Positions 1 to 21,034 of a DNA stretch of 64,000 nt are shown piece by piece. The DNA lies in the NCBI GenBank assembly GCA_964016885.1, contig OZ024756.1:12276001-12340000 (forward strand), written 5' to 3'. Source of the DNA: Eledone cirrhosa (taxonomy: Eukaryota). A program made the position numbers and the translations under genes. Position 1 is the first letter of the stretch; the number at the start of each line of letters is the position of its first letter. The notes under the pieces are model-generated. The model was given only the letters and a program-made list of their open reading frames with translations. It was not told the DNA's origin and ran no database searches.

Positions 1-161
1 CGTCACTATGAACCAAAGTATCGTCTTCCTGTCTTCCTCCGGTTGCAACGTTTTTTGAAATATCCAGTTCTGCGTTTACAGATTGACTTTGTTAGTTTCA
101 GAAGATCCATTAAGGGTGAAAGCAGCGATTCTTTGCTTAAACTTTAATCTGTTATTTAATA

Positions 162-5168
<5,007 letters not shown>

Positions 5169-5256
5169 AATGAAAAATTGAACAGGGACAGAACAGAGAG
5201 GCAGTACGACAACTGTTTATTAAATTCACGCTCAGGAGAGTGGGGGGTAGGTGGGG

Positions 5257-5287
5257 GACGACGTTTCGGGCATAAGCCCTTCTTCAG
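5257..5287 (-). ncRNA. Minimal hammerhead ribozyme core lacking stem I (remnant)
   Basis: Minus strand CTGAAGA-A-GGGC-TTAT-GCCC-GAAA-C-GTC-G-TC; stems II and III present, but the flanks do not pair. Confidence 0.5.
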
Positions 5288-5367
5288 GTGAGAGTTCAAA
5301 AGGTGTGTAGGGGAGTGGTGGAGAGACATATAGCGAAAGGAAATGGTGCGAATGAAAAATTAACAAA

Positions 5368-5380
5368 TATATATATATAT

Positions 5381-5476
<96 letters not shown>

Positions 5477-5484
5477 ATATATAT

Positions 5485-5557
<73 letters not shown>

Positions 5558-5580
5558 ATATATATATATATGTGTATATA

Positions 5581-5613
<33 letters not shown>

Positions 5614-5652
5614 GTGTATATATATATATATATATATGTGTATATATATATA

Positions 5653-5683
<31 letters not shown>

Positions 5684-5696
5684 GTGTATATATATA

Positions 5697-5778
<82 letters not shown>

Positions 5779-5863
5779 TATATATATATATATATACACA
5801 TATATATATATATATATATACACATATATATATATATATATACACACATATATATATATATAT

Positions 5864-5908
<45 letters not shown>

Positions 5909-5911
5909 TAT

Positions 5912-5943
<32 letters not shown>

Positions 5944-5956
5944 GTGTATATATATA

Positions 5957-6033
<77 letters not shown>
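5368..6033. repeat. Interrupted (TA)n microsatellite
   Basis: Direct reading. Confidence 0.95.
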
Positions 6034-6040
<7 letters not shown>

Positions 6041-6250
6041 TAAAAGAATAATGAATAAAACAATGAAACAGTTCCTTATATTAAACAAAAAAAGTTCATT
6101 ATTTAACGATCGTTTCTAGGATATATATGTGTTAGAATTGGCATGCATATTCAACAGATCTATGTACAAAATTATACAAAATTATACAAACTATCAAGAT
6201 TAAATATACATACCAAACACACATATATGCCGTCTTCAGAAATAATTCAT
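6034..6250 (-). mobile_element. Solo diverged terminal fragment of the Penelope-like pLTR, containing an HHR motif (6095-6246)
   Basis: Aligns by eye with 11660-11866 (same orientation) and with the reverse complement of 19208-19415. Confidence 0.85.
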
Positions 6251-6309
6251 ACGGATTGGACACTACCGTAAACTCTTGGTAGATTTATCTACATATATAT
6301 ATATATATA

Positions 6310-6473
<164 letters not shown>

Positions 6474-6685
6474 TATATATATATATATTTACATCGTGTT
6501 TCTATATCTCTGTTTCCGGTTTCTTCCATTCATTAATTTAAATTTAGATTTAAAAATTTATTTTTATATTTATGAACTGCAGTTGCTCACGCTCTCACGC
6601 TGTCTCTATCTCTCTCTCTCTCTCTCTCCACCTCTCTCTCTCTCGATCAACGAGCTCTCTTTCTCCCTCTCTCTAGATCAACAAG

Positions 6686-6721
<36 letters not shown>

Positions 6722-6925
6722 TCTCTCTCCCTCTGACCCCCCCCCCCCACTCTTCCCGCTATCTCTCTCGCTCCTCTCTTCTGTCTCCCCCTTTTCTTTT
6801 CTTTTCTTCTGTTTCTCTTTCTTTTTCTCTCGCTGGAGTTATATCTCTATCTCCCTCCCTCACTCTGTCCCTCTCTAACCTCTACCCTACACCTCCCACT
6901 GTCTCTTTCTCCCCTCCACAGCGAA

Positions 6926-7879
6926 ATGGACTGCATGCAGGAAAAATGTGAAATCAGGAGTCAGCGAAACTGGTCGAAGATTGAACTAACGGTTTTGATC
7001 AAGGGGTGGACTATGGCTGATGGGTCTCCACCAAGCAAAAAGATGGCGGAGAACCTGAAGAGCCATGGGTTTCTGAGGAGCCTGGTACAGATAGAGAGAA
7101 AGAGAAAAGAAATTGAGAAGGCGTATGTCCTCATAGCGCCTCATATGGCGATGCTAAGCCGTGTCCTCAGGGAGGAGAAAACCGAAGGGAGGGATGAGGA
7201 GAAGGAGAGGGAAAAGGAAGAGGAAAAGGAAAGGGAAAAAGAAAAGGAGGAGAGCACAAGCACGGACCTGAAAGAAAATGATATACCCTCCGCTACAGGC
7301 AGGGAGGGCAGGCCGGGCAACCAACAAGCTAAGGGCAAAGGTGAAAAGCGAAATCACCTTCCGAAGGAGAACCAAGCGCAGAGGGACCAGTGGACAACTG
7401 TTCAAAGAAAGAACAGAAAGCACCGAGACACTGGGAGCAAAAAACACCAAGTAATGTGCAAGTTTTTCAAGAACGGGACATGCTGGTATGGAGAGACAGG
7501 GATGGGATGCAGATTCGCCCACCCTAGGTCTCAAACCAACTATGCCCATCATACTCGCGCAACAGGCCCCAGCCAAAGCCGAAATAAGCCGCTCCAGAAG
7601 TATGCTGATGTCGCGCGTGCTGCACCAACAAGGAGAAGGCACGCACATGCCGACGAGATACAGATGGCAGCAGCAGATCAGAAAAATTTTTTAGTGATGG
7701 CAGAGAAGATTGTGGGACAGCTGACCTGGCTGCATCGTCTCCAGAGCCAGGGTCATCCACACCAGCACTCGAGACCACCGCAGTTAAGGGACCCAGAGTG
7801 GCCGCCGCTGACACCAGACCAGGTGTCATACCGACAGCCATTACTGGCACCCCAAAAGTCACACCAGTGTTGCTGCTGA
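6926..7879 (+). CDS. LINE ORF1 protein: N-terminal Myb/SANT(trihelix)-like domain, E/K-rich linker, CCCH zinc finger
   Basis: [14 protein letters not shown]...[24 protein letters not shown] resembles the trihelix Myb/SANT pattern; [22 protein letters not shown] is a CCCH finger; lies directly before ORF2. Confidence 0.8.
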   Translation: MDCMQEKCEIRSQRNWSKIELTVLIKGWTMADGSPPSKKMAENLKSHGFLRSLVQIERKRKEIEKAYVLIAPHMAMLSRVLREEKTEGRDEEKEREKEEEKEREKEKEESTSTDLKENDIPSATGREGRPGNQQAKGKGEKRNHLPKENQAQRDQWTTVQRKNRKHRDTGSKKHQVMCKFFKNGTCWYGETGMGCRFAHPRSQTNYAHHTRATGPSQSRNKPLQKYADVARAAPTRRRHAHADEIQMAAADQKNFLVMAEKIVGQLTWLHRLQSQGHPHQHSRPPQLRDPEWPPLTPDQVSYRQPLLAPQKSHQCCC

Positions 7880-8706
7880 ATGTCAGGGGCCTGGTGAAAC
7901 TCAGCAACATGAGTAAAATTTCCTACCTGGGAGACTTAGCCATAAGCAATCAAGCACTATGCATGGCACTAACCGAAACGCACCTGACAAGCAGTATAGC
8001 AGATGCAGAAATACATATACCGAAATATACTGTATTTCGTTCGGACAGGAAGGAGAGAACTCATGGTGGGGTTGCTCTGTATATCCGTGAAGATGTCACA
8101 CCAATTGTACTGTTGACACATTCAAACTCAGTCTGTGACACACTGATAATACATATGAAGCAACTACAGACGGTAATATGTGTCACATATCGGCCGCCCG
8201 ATGCCCCCAGTCATGAGGGTAAATTTGAGGATAGCCTAAGTAGGATAGAAGAGGTCCTTGACAAGCTGGACCAGGGTCTCAACATCCTACTGCTGGGAGA
8301 CTTCAACCTACCAAAGGTCAAATGGCCTGAGGGCCACCTCCTCCCTGGAATGACGTCAATAGAACAGAGACAGACGGAATCCCTGCTGGCCCTCACACAC
8401 AGGCTGTTCATGGAGCAAGCAATACTCCTCCCAACAAGAGGTGAAAATGTCCTGGACCTCTGTTTTACAAACAACGAAGTGCTCATCCACAATGTAAAGG
8501 TGACACCAACAATTCTCTCGGATCATAACTTGGTAGAGCTAATGATATGTGGTCCAAGAGAACCAACAGAGACAAAACCACCAAGAAACTCCGGGACGCT
8601 ATCCAGCCTTAACTTCTACGGGGCTGACTGGAAGAAGATTAAGAGTGAAATCCGGAAGCAAACATGGAGTGCAAACATCGCCACACACAATTTCAACACT
8701 TCATGA
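7693..8706 (+). CDS. LINE ORF2 part 1: apurinic-like (APE) endonuclease
   Basis: Motifs LLNVRGL, LTETHL, GGVALY, YRPP, LGDFNLP, LDLCFTN, SDHNLV. Frame is open from 7609 with no ATG before the first motif; start given at the inferred frameshift site. Confidence 0.9.
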   Translation, partial: SDGREDCGTADLAASSPEPGSSTPALETTAVKGPRVAAADTRPGVIPTAITGTPKVTPVLLLNVRGLVKLSNMSKISYLGDLAISNQALCMALTETHLTSSIADAEIHIPKYTVFRSDRKERTHGGVALYIREDVTPIVLLTHSNSVCDTLIIHMKQLQTVICVTYRPPDAPSHEGKFEDSLSRIEEVLDKLDQGLNILLLGDFNLPKVKWPEGHLLPGMTSIEQRQTESLLALTHRLFMEQAILLPTRGENVLDLCFTNNEVLIHNVKVTPTILSDHNLVELMICGPREPTETKPPRNSGTLSSLNFYGADWKKIKSEIRKQTWSANIATHNFNTS

Positions 8707-10826
8707 CAACGATACACACCATATGCAAAAAGTGTGTCCCGGAGAAAGAGGCAAACAGACACAAAAATCTTATTCCCAGAGATAGGAAAATCCTTATGAG
8801 ACGTAGAACTAAACTCTCAAACCAGTTGAATAGTCAACAAAACCAAAACAAGAAGGAATCCTATTTGAAACGTGCACTACTTGACACCGAGATTGCACTC
8901 AAGCTTTCACATGAGAATGAGAGGGCAAGGAAAGAGAACAGGGCCATAGAAAACATTAAAACAAACCCTAAGGCCTTCTTTAAATTTGCAAAAGAAACTG
9001 CCTCAGTACACTGCAAGATTGGACCACTCTTCCACACGGACGGTTCATTAACCGAAAATCCCCAAGAGATATGTGAAATACTGAACGAACAGTACAAAAG
9101 TGTCTTCACATGTCCACTGAGGCACATGCAAATAACGAAGCCAGAGGAGTTCTTTGATGCCACAACACTACATCAAGAAATGGCAACCATCAACCACATA
9201 GACATAACGGAGGAGGATGTGGTGTACGCCATTGATGAAATTAGAACAGACTCGGCTGCTGGACCTGATGGATTCCCAGCAGTTCTCCTAAAAATATGTA
9301 AGCGGGCCTTAGCAACTCCACTGAAGATGCTCTTCAGAAGCTCCTTGGCTAGCGGTGTACTACCCAGGGAGCTGAAAGAAGGCACAATATGCCCTATCCA
9401 TAAAGGAGGTAGTAGAGCGGAGGCCAAGAACTATAGGCCAGTCTCCCTGACGTCGCATATCAGTAAGGTCATGGAGCGAGTCGTCAGAAAGAAACTAATC
9501 ACTTTCCTCGAAGAAAATGACCGCCTGACTAGCACGCAACATGGCTTCCGCCCAGGAAGAAGCTGCCTTACACAGCTGCTACATCACTACGACTGGGTAC
9601 TGAGACAGCTACTAGACAGCTCACATGTAGACGTGATATATCTTGACTTTGCGAAGGCCTTTGACAAGGTCGACCACGGAATGATATGTCACAAACTACA
9701 CGGACTCGGCATAACTGGAAAAGTAGGTGAGTGGCTGCATGGCTTCCTGAGGGACAGAAGCCAGGCAGTCGCAGCAAATGGGGCCCTCTCGAGGGAAACA
9801 CCGATAACAAGTGGGGTGCCTCAGGGGACAGTCCTGGGACCACTACTGTTTTTGGTGGCTCTCTCGGACATGCCCTCTGTGGTGCATGCAACAACATCCC
9901 TCACTAGCTATGCTGATGACACTAAGGTAGCACAGGCAATCAAAAACCCGGCTGACGCTGCCCTCTTACAGCAGGATCTGGATGCCATATACAGATGGGC
10001 GGAAGAAAACAACATGCAGTTTAATGCTGGCAAATTCCAAGCCCTACAATACAAACCTGCAAACACAAACACAAATATAGCGGAACACAGCTACACAGGA
10101 CCAGGAGGGACCGATATCCCCGTGTCAAAATCGATACGAGACCTGGGCATAGACATGAGCGATGATGCATCTTTTTCTTCACACATCATGAAGGTGGCGA
10201 CATCATGTAGACGATTCGCTGGCTGGATCTTGAGGACTTTCCTTACAAGAGATCGAGACACCATGTTGACACTGTGGAGGACTTTTGTCCTAAGCCGCCT
10301 GGACTACTGCTCCCAGCTGTGGTCACCCCATAGTGTCAAACTAACCACAGAGCTTGAGGCAATCCAGCGAAGCTACACCAAGAGGATTGCCAAGATGAGG
10401 GAGACAAGCTACTGGGAGAGGCTGAGGGAACTGAACCTCTACTCCTTGGAGCGAAGACGGGAGAGATACGCAGTGATCTACATGTGGAAAATCCTGGAGG
10501 GACTAGCACCAAACTTTGGCATTGGGAGCTGGACCAACCGTCGAACAGGACGTCACTGTGTGGTGCCAAAGGTCCCGTCTTCCACATCTAGAATAAGGAG
10601 CAGGTATTGCAATAGCCTGGGATTCAAGGGCCCTCAACTCTTCAACAGGCTGCCGAGGCATCTGCGAGACTTGCATGACGTGGAGGTGGATGTCTTTAAG
10701 AAACATCTCGACACCTTTTTATCCAGGATCCCGGATGAGCCCACAGCAAGACACGAGGGAAACCTAAGGGCAGCAGCAACACACTCCCTCCTACACCAGT
10801 GGCCAACCTATACAGGCTGGAGATAA
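8664..10826 (+). CDS. LINE ORF2 part 2: reverse transcriptase (frameshifted from part 1)
   Basis: [56 protein letters not shown], and a CR1-like C-terminus ([15 protein letters not shown]). Confidence 0.95.
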   Translation: MECKHRHTQFQHFMTTIHTICKKCVPEKEANRHKNLIPRDRKILMRRRTKLSNQLNSQQNQNKKESYLKRALLDTEIALKLSHENERARKENRAIENIKTNPKAFFKFAKETASVHCKIGPLFHTDGSLTENPQEICEILNEQYKSVFTCPLRHMQITKPEEFFDATTLHQEMATINHIDITEEDVVYAIDEIRTDSAAGPDGFPAVLLKICKRALATPLKMLFRSSLASGVLPRELKEGTICPIHKGGSRAEAKNYRPVSLTSHISKVMERVVRKKLITFLEENDRLTSTQHGFRPGRSCLTQLLHHYDWVLRQLLDSSHVDVIYLDFAKAFDKVDHGMICHKLHGLGITGKVGEWLHGFLRDRSQAVAANGALSRETPITSGVPQGTVLGPLLFLVALSDMPSVVHATTSLTSYADDTKVAQAIKNPADAALLQQDLDAIYRWAEENNMQFNAGKFQALQYKPANTNTNIAEHSYTGPGGTDIPVSKSIRDLGIDMSDDASFSSHIMKVATSCRRFAGWILRTFLTRDRDTMLTLWRTFVLSRLDYCSQLWSPHSVKLTTELEAIQRSYTKRIAKMRETSYWERLRELNLYSLERRRERYAVIYMWKILEGLAPNFGIGSWTNRRTGRHCVVPKVPSSTSRIRSRYCNSLGFKGPQLFNRLPRHLRDLHDVEVDVFKKHLDTFLSRIPDEPTARHEGNLRAAATHSLLHQWPTYTGWR

Positions 10827-10900
10827 AATGTGTAGCAACAAGGGCGGTGCCCCAGCATGGCCTCAGCCGGATGGCTGAAACAGGTAAAAGAGTAAAAGAG

Positions 10901-13737
<2,837 letters not shown>

Positions 13738-13738
13738 T

Positions 13739-15361
13739 AAAAAGTATAAATCCGTCTTTCAAAAGGACCTTGATTCTACCCTATTGGACCTAAAAAAGTC
13801 TAAAAAAATCCATGTCCACTCGGACAAAACTGGTAACTTGTATCATATGGATATTGAACATTATAATGAGTTCATATATAAAGAACTCAGAAAAAGTTAT
13901 AAAAAATCTAATAATGCGTCACTCACCAACATCAACAACAAAACACACAACATAGTAAAAAAACTAAATATTGAAGATAGAACTGAACCTTTGGCATTGA
14001 GAAGTCCACACTTCAACCTGAAAGATCACAAATCTAACTTTAACTCTAATCCTTCTATTAGACTTATATGTCCCTCCAAATCAGATATTGGAATAATTAG
14101 CAAAAAAATTTTAGATAGAGTCATCCCACAAATAAGAAAATACGTTATTTTACCACTCTGGGAAAACACCTCCCAGGTAATTAATTGGTTTAAAAATATT
14201 AGGTGTAAATCTTCTGCTTCTTTCCTACAGTTTGATATAGATAACTATTATTCTTCTATATCACCCATACTCCTGAACAAAGCATTAATATTTGCTAAAA
14301 ATAGATCTAATTTAACTTCGGATGACATTAACATTATTACACATGCTAGACAAACACTTATTGAATTTCAGAATGAATACTGGACCAGAAACACTTATAG
14401 TAATCTTTTTGATATTACTATGGGTTCAAGCGATTCTGCCCAAATTACTGATCTTGTGGGCCTCTTTCTCCTTTTCAACATAAATGCCTCTTTTCCCCAC
14501 CTCAAAGGTGGTTTATATCGTGATGACTGTCTTCTTCTTTCTAACAACCTTAGCCTTTCAGAAATCGAAAAAAACAAAAAGCATATTAGAACTTTCCTTA
14601 AGGACTATTATAATCTTAATATTACTTTTGAAAAAACAAGTAAAGTAGTAAATTTCCTAGATATAACTTTAGATTTAGCTACGGGTATATACCAACCTTA
14701 CCATAAACCTAACCAAAACTTACATTACATACACTCACAATCTAATCACCCTAAATCTATCCTTAAAAACCTTGCATATAATATATCACTTAGAATTTCT
14801 AACCTTTCTTCTAACCAAGATGTATTTGATAAAAATGCGACCTTTTATAATGAAGCTCTAGATAGAAGTGGCCACAAAAATAGATTAGAGTATATAACTT
14901 CTACTAAAAATACTGAAAACATACAGCATAATATTACCAACAAACACCAAATGAAAGGTACACACCTAAATGCCACCCACAGTATACCCCAAAATACTAA
15001 ATCTTCTAATATAAAGTATAGTAACCCTCAAAAAACTACTTATCATAAGACTATAATAAATATTAATAATAAAACTCCTAATAAAAAAGATAAAACACCT
15101 AAATCTACAAATATAACTAAATATAGTTGTGGTGAGATCATTAACATTATTCCTCCTAGTAAAAATCATGATACAACATATAAAAATAATAAAAATAATA
15201 AACAACATAGAAACCGTAATAGACGAGTTACTTGGTATAATGCTCCTTTTAATTTACAAGTTAAGGATAATATTGCTAAAAAATTTTTTTATATCCTTGA
15301 GAAAAACTTCCCGCCAAACCACAAATACCATCAAATCTTAAATAGGTCTACAGTTAAATAA
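13739..15361 (+). pseudogene. PLE reverse transcriptase (5'-truncated, terminated by a 37-bp duplication)
   Basis: SDKTGNLY, LKDHKSNF, FDIDNYYSSI, FDITMGSSDSAQITDLVGLFLL, LYRDDCL, NFLDITLDL, YIHSQSNHP, VTWYNAPF. Confidence 0.92.
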
Positions 15362-15959
15362 ATACCATCAAATCTTAAATAGGTCTACAGTTAAATTCTC
15401 ATATTCTACAACAAATAACATAAAACAAAATATAAGTGCATATAATGCATATAAATGTAAGAAAACTATAAGTATACCACCAGTACATCAAATTAACAAT
15501 AATATCTCCTCAAATACAGAATTAACGAAAGGATGTAACTGTAGAAACAAAACAAACTGCCCATTAAAAGGGAATTGTCTTGTTAACAACATAGTCTATA
15601 AATGTAATGTTAAAACTAAAGATTCTATTTGCTCATATATAGGAGCTACCTCTAACAATTTTAAGACAAGGTATAATACCCACAAACATAGCTTTAAAAA
15701 TGCCGCACTGGCTAATACAACATCTCTAGCAGAAAAAATCAATAGTTATAAAAATAAAAATATAAAATATGATTTGACCTGGAGTGTGCTCAAAAGAGCC
15801 ACCCCTTATCAAAATAATAGAAAGGAATGTAGATTATGTTCCCAAGAACTATTTGAAATAATGAAGTCTAGGGATATCTTATTAAATAAAAGACAGGAAT
15901 TAATTATATCGTGTAATCATAAACTAAAAAAAACATTTAAATATTATAAACCTAATTAA
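15360..15959 (+). pseudogene. PLE GIY-YIG endonuclease (C-terminal part of the same ORF, frameshifted)
   Basis: Manual translation: CNCRNKTNCPLKGNCLVNNIVYKCNV...SYIGATSNNFKTRYNTHKHSF...CRLCSQE...LLNKRQE...CNH. Confidence 0.9.
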
Positions 15960-16177
15960 TAACATTATTCTAGAATTTAATTTAATTTAAATGTTAGTTA
16001 ACCTATAAATTTAATTTAATTAATATTTTATTACAGATGAGAAAATATTATGTAATCATTAATTTTGAAAAACCTTTAAATATTACTAATATATATTCAG
16101 TAATTTAATTTATAGATTAATTTTAACTTATTTTAACCTTTTATTATAATTTTTTAATTTAGTTTAACCTTTTATTA

Positions 16178-16221
<44 letters not shown>

Positions 16222-17342
16222 TATAATTCTTTTACAGATAAAATATAACAAAATAATATCATGTATCCTATGACGGAGAAAGAATTTTTAGTATTATTGA
16301 CCTAATTAATATACATTTTGGAAATATATTTATTATTTGGTTTTAGCTTTAATCAACCTAAAACTTTAATTTTAATTTTAATTTGCTTAAAATTAGTATC
16401 CTTGTACAGACGAATTGCAGAATTTCATGTAATCATAGAATGGGAGGTGTTTTTGGATATATACCTAGTTAATATATTCTGTGCAAAAATTTTTTGAAAA
16501 AGATATGTATATCTATATGTATATGTATATGTGTGTATTGTATGTGTATCTGTATGTATATTTATGTGACTATATATGTATGTATGTGTGTATATATATG
16601 TATATATATATATATATATGTGTATGTATATGTATATGTATGTGTATGTGTATGTATATGTATGTGTATGCGTATTAATTTTGATTTTTATTTGCATATA
16701 ATTATATTATGCTATTGATGAAATACAATATCTGCTTTATGTATTGTATACCTAATTAACATATACTAATTAACATATACTATTGAAATAAATATATAAT
16801 TTTTAACTTAGTTAACATATAATTTATATGCTACTACCGATGTAATACTTTATTTTATTTTTATTTGGGTTTCTTTTCCCTATTATTAACTTTAATTTAG
16901 TTATAATGTAATTAATAATCTACTACTTTTGACTTCATAATTCTGCTTCAAATATTATAAACCTAACTAATTTACACCTTGGAAATCAATATGTTGACTA
17001 TCTTTGGTTTAGTTGACATATGATTAATGGTATACTTTTTTATTTTGTGATGCATAGATTTCGTATTTCCTAGCATTGAAAATATGTAAGAACATACATT
17101 GAATTAAGATATGGAAAATATTATAGGTTTCTTGAAACATATATTTACTTTGATCCCCTTCTCCAAACCCCCCCCTTTCCCCCATACTATTATCATCTGT
17201 TTTTGTAAGTGTATATGTATGAATTTGGGTAGATGGGTGTCTATATAGTTTTTTTGGTATTTATTTCTAGATATAAAAATACATATATGAGCATGTAAAT
17301 ATGAATGTAAGATTGAGTGTGTATATATGATTGTACATACAT

Positions 17343-17796
17343 ATGTATGTATATGTATGTATATATATGTATTATATATGTACGTGTATGTGAATGTGTG
17401 GTATATATATATGTGTAGGTATATGTATATATGTGTGCGTATGTGTATGCTTGTATATGGGAATATATATGTGTGTATATATGTATATATGTATATGCGT
17501 GTTTGCATGTATGTGTATATGGGTTCTGTATATATTTGTATGTCTCTCTATTTATATGTTTATCTTCGTATCTATGTGATATATGTGTGTGTGTGTGCAT
17601 GTATGCATATGTATGTGTTTGTATGTGTTTGTATGTGTGTGTGTATATATATGTATGTATTTGGGCACACTCACATACATATATATATATATATATATAT
17701 ATGTATGTGAGTGTGTATGTGTGTCTGTATGTGTGTGGGTGTGTATATATGTGTATGTATATATATATGTGTATGTATGTGTATGTGTGTGTATAT

Positions 17797-17842
<46 letters not shown>

Positions 17843-17981
17843 ATATAGGTGTCTATGTGTGAATATATGTCTTTATTCGTATGTGTGTATTTATATATGT
17901 TTATATTTAGGTGTATGTATGTATGTGTATGTATGTATGTATATGTATGTGTATGTATGTATATGTGTATATGTGTGTATA

Positions 17982-18012
<31 letters not shown>

Positions 18013-18250
18013 TATTCTTTATTATTATTGTAATATAACTTATGTGTATATGTGTATAAGTGAGGTTGTGTAGGTATATATACTATATGTATATATAAGG
18101 GTAATGAAATGTATATATATATATATATATATATATATGTGCATGTCTGTATTTTATGTGTGTGTGTATATATATATATATGTGTATGTGTGTATATATG
18201 TATGTATATATGCATATATGTGTACGTGTGTGTATGTTTATATATGTATA

Positions 18251-18288
<38 letters not shown>

Positions 18289-18398
18289 TGGATGTTTGTA
18301 TGTGTTTTCATGGTGGTATGAGTGTGGGATATATATGTTTTGTATAAGTATATGTATGTGTATGTATATATATATGAGTCTATGTGTGTGTGTGTATA

Positions 18399-18437
<39 letters not shown>

Positions 18438-19415
18438 ATGTGTGTATGTGTTGCGCGTGTGTGTGTCCGTATTTTTATCTTTTTATATGTGTATGTGTAT
18501 GTTCGTGTAAATGTATGTGTGTGTATGACAGTATAGGTATGTGTGTATGTATGTATGTGTAGATATCTCTATGTGCGCGTACAAGTACGTATGTGTATGT
18601 ATATCTGTATGCGTATGTACATTATATTATATGTAATATATTTTATTGTTTTTATTTTTTTATTTTTCATAATTTATAGATACATTTATATTAGGCTGTC
18701 TGTCTGACAACCTAATACTGACCCCTCCCCCCCCCCTCCCACCTAATTTCTGTATCTTGATCTTGAAATGTGTGTACCAGTGTGTTTATGTGAGTGACTT
18801 AATTTCTATTTGCTTATGATTTTATATCCACATATATAAATGTGAGTGGGGGGTGTGTGTGCGTTTGTGTGTTCGTGGTTATGTGTATATTTTATATATA
18901 TACGCACATGTATGTGTGATTATACTGATATGTGTGAGTATGAAAAAAATATATTTATATGCTTGACTATATAAGTATCATTGCGTTTCTTATCAGCGCA
19001 TTAAGCTTACAGAGATATTAACCTTGAAATTTTTTATTTGCATCCATCTTTTTAGTATGCACATACATATTATACACACATTATTGTAAAATGTGTGTAG
19101 GGTTTTACATGTATATACACACACCAAACTGCTTTTTAACCCTTTGTGTTTTCATTGGTCAATTTTGAACTGATATTTTGAATTGTTGTTATTATCAATA
19201 AATATACTTCATTATTTCTGAAGACGGCGTATATATGTGTTAGGTATGTATATTTAATCTTGATAATTTGTATAATTTTGTATAATTTTGTACATAGATC
19301 TGTTAAATATGCATACCAATTATAGCACATATATGCCCTAGAAACGATCGTTAAATAGTGAACTTTTTTTGTTTAATATAAGGAATTGTTTGTTCATTAT
19401 TTGTTTAATATTTTA
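17343..19415 (+). repeat. Right arm (3' pLTR) of the PLE, microsatellite-rich
   Basis: Inverted counterpart of 11660-13737 with scattered substitutions and microsatellite length differences. Confidence 0.93.
19208..19362 (+). ncRNA. Type I hammerhead motif with ~115-nt stem II
   Basis: TTCATTATTT-CTGAAGA(19218-24)-[long hairpin]-GAAA(19341-44)-CGATCG-TT/AAATAGTGAA; 10-bp stem I, palindromic stem III, predicted GUU cleavage after 19352. Confidence 0.68.
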
Positions 19416-19459
19416 TATTCATATATATATATTCATATATATATATATATATATATATA

Positions 19460-19561
<102 letters not shown>

Positions 19562-19581
19562 TATATATATATATATATTCA

Positions 19582-19633
<52 letters not shown>

Positions 19634-20021
19634 CATATATATATATACATAAAAGAGGAGAATATAGATGTATAGATAGAATTACAGAAATAAATAAATG
19701 GTAGAAGAAATAGGAATTGAAAAGGAACTGAAGAGGGAATTTTGAATAACCAACAAGTTCGTCGAAACCCCCCCAACCCATGCTGCGGGGGAGAAAACCT
19801 ATAGAAGATAGAAGAAGAAGCAAAAGGAACAACAAAAAAAAAAAAATGAAAAAAGATAAATATAAAAAATACAGAAATGATTGCCAGGAGGGGAGAAGTA
19901 TATTGCTGATTGCGCATGCGTTTGAAGGAAGAGGGAGAAAAGAAAATCTTTAAATGAATAATATTCTGGAAGAGGAATAAATGAATATGCATATATATGT
20001 TGTCCGCACACACACACACAT

Positions 20022-20052
<31 letters not shown>

Positions 20053-20129
20053 AATGCATATATATAAATGCATATAGATACATATATATATTATATATAT
20101 ATATATATATTATATATGTATATATATAT

Positions 20130-20173
<44 letters not shown>

Positions 20174-20179
20174 ACATAC

Positions 20180-20216
<37 letters not shown>

Positions 20217-20231
20217 CATACATACATATAT

Positions 20232-20264
<33 letters not shown>

Positions 20265-20310
20265 CATATATATATATATATTTACATATGTACGTATATA
20301 TATATATATA

Positions 20311-20407
<97 letters not shown>

Positions 20408-20836
20408 CTGTGTGTGTGTATACACGCAAACACACAAACACACAAACACATACATATATAATGTACATACAGACAAATACACACACATAAAAATCATTGA
20501 GATCATTGTGGAAAGTGTTGCATAAATGATAGATAAAAAGAAATTCCTGACATGAAGAAAGGAAAAGCAAATTATTTCCATTATAAAGTGGAATATGGAC
20601 ATCGACAACAAGAAACGATCACACGAACACTCTAGCTGAGAAACATTCCTTCTTACACACGTACTGACACTTCCACACTCACACACGTACCTCACACCAC
20701 CAAATAAACACAGAAAATAGCCTGGAAAGCACACACACGTATACACACACAGACACACAATCATATATATATAAATACAATATATAGGAACTGTTTCATT
20801 GTTTTATTCATTATTTCTTTAATATTTTATATATAA

Positions 20837-20885
<49 letters not shown>

Positions 20886-21034
20886 TATATCGTTTCTGAA
20901 TTTGTTTAGCAAGATTCTTTATCTGAAAACGTGTGTTGAAACCGATATTGTTATACTTTGGGAGCGTCATGTTGCCAATAAGAAACCCACGCACCAGTTG
21001 CTTTCACTTCAATATATTATAATAAATTTATAAA

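Larger units (their letters stand above)
6489..10900 (+). mobile_element. Near-full-length CR1-group non-LTR retrotransposon (LINE) between (TA)n tracts
   Basis: CT-rich 5' UTR, ORF1, APE endonuclease and RT ORF2, short 3' UTR with hairpin and GTAAAAGA x2 tail running into (TA)n. The 5' boundary is approximate. Confidence 0.9.

Noticed and set aside
13739-16320. Selenocysteine recoding / SECIS, reported for some Naiad PLEs
   Set aside because: No in-frame TGA in the surviving ORF; ATGACGG near 16270 does not fold into a SECIS stem by eye.
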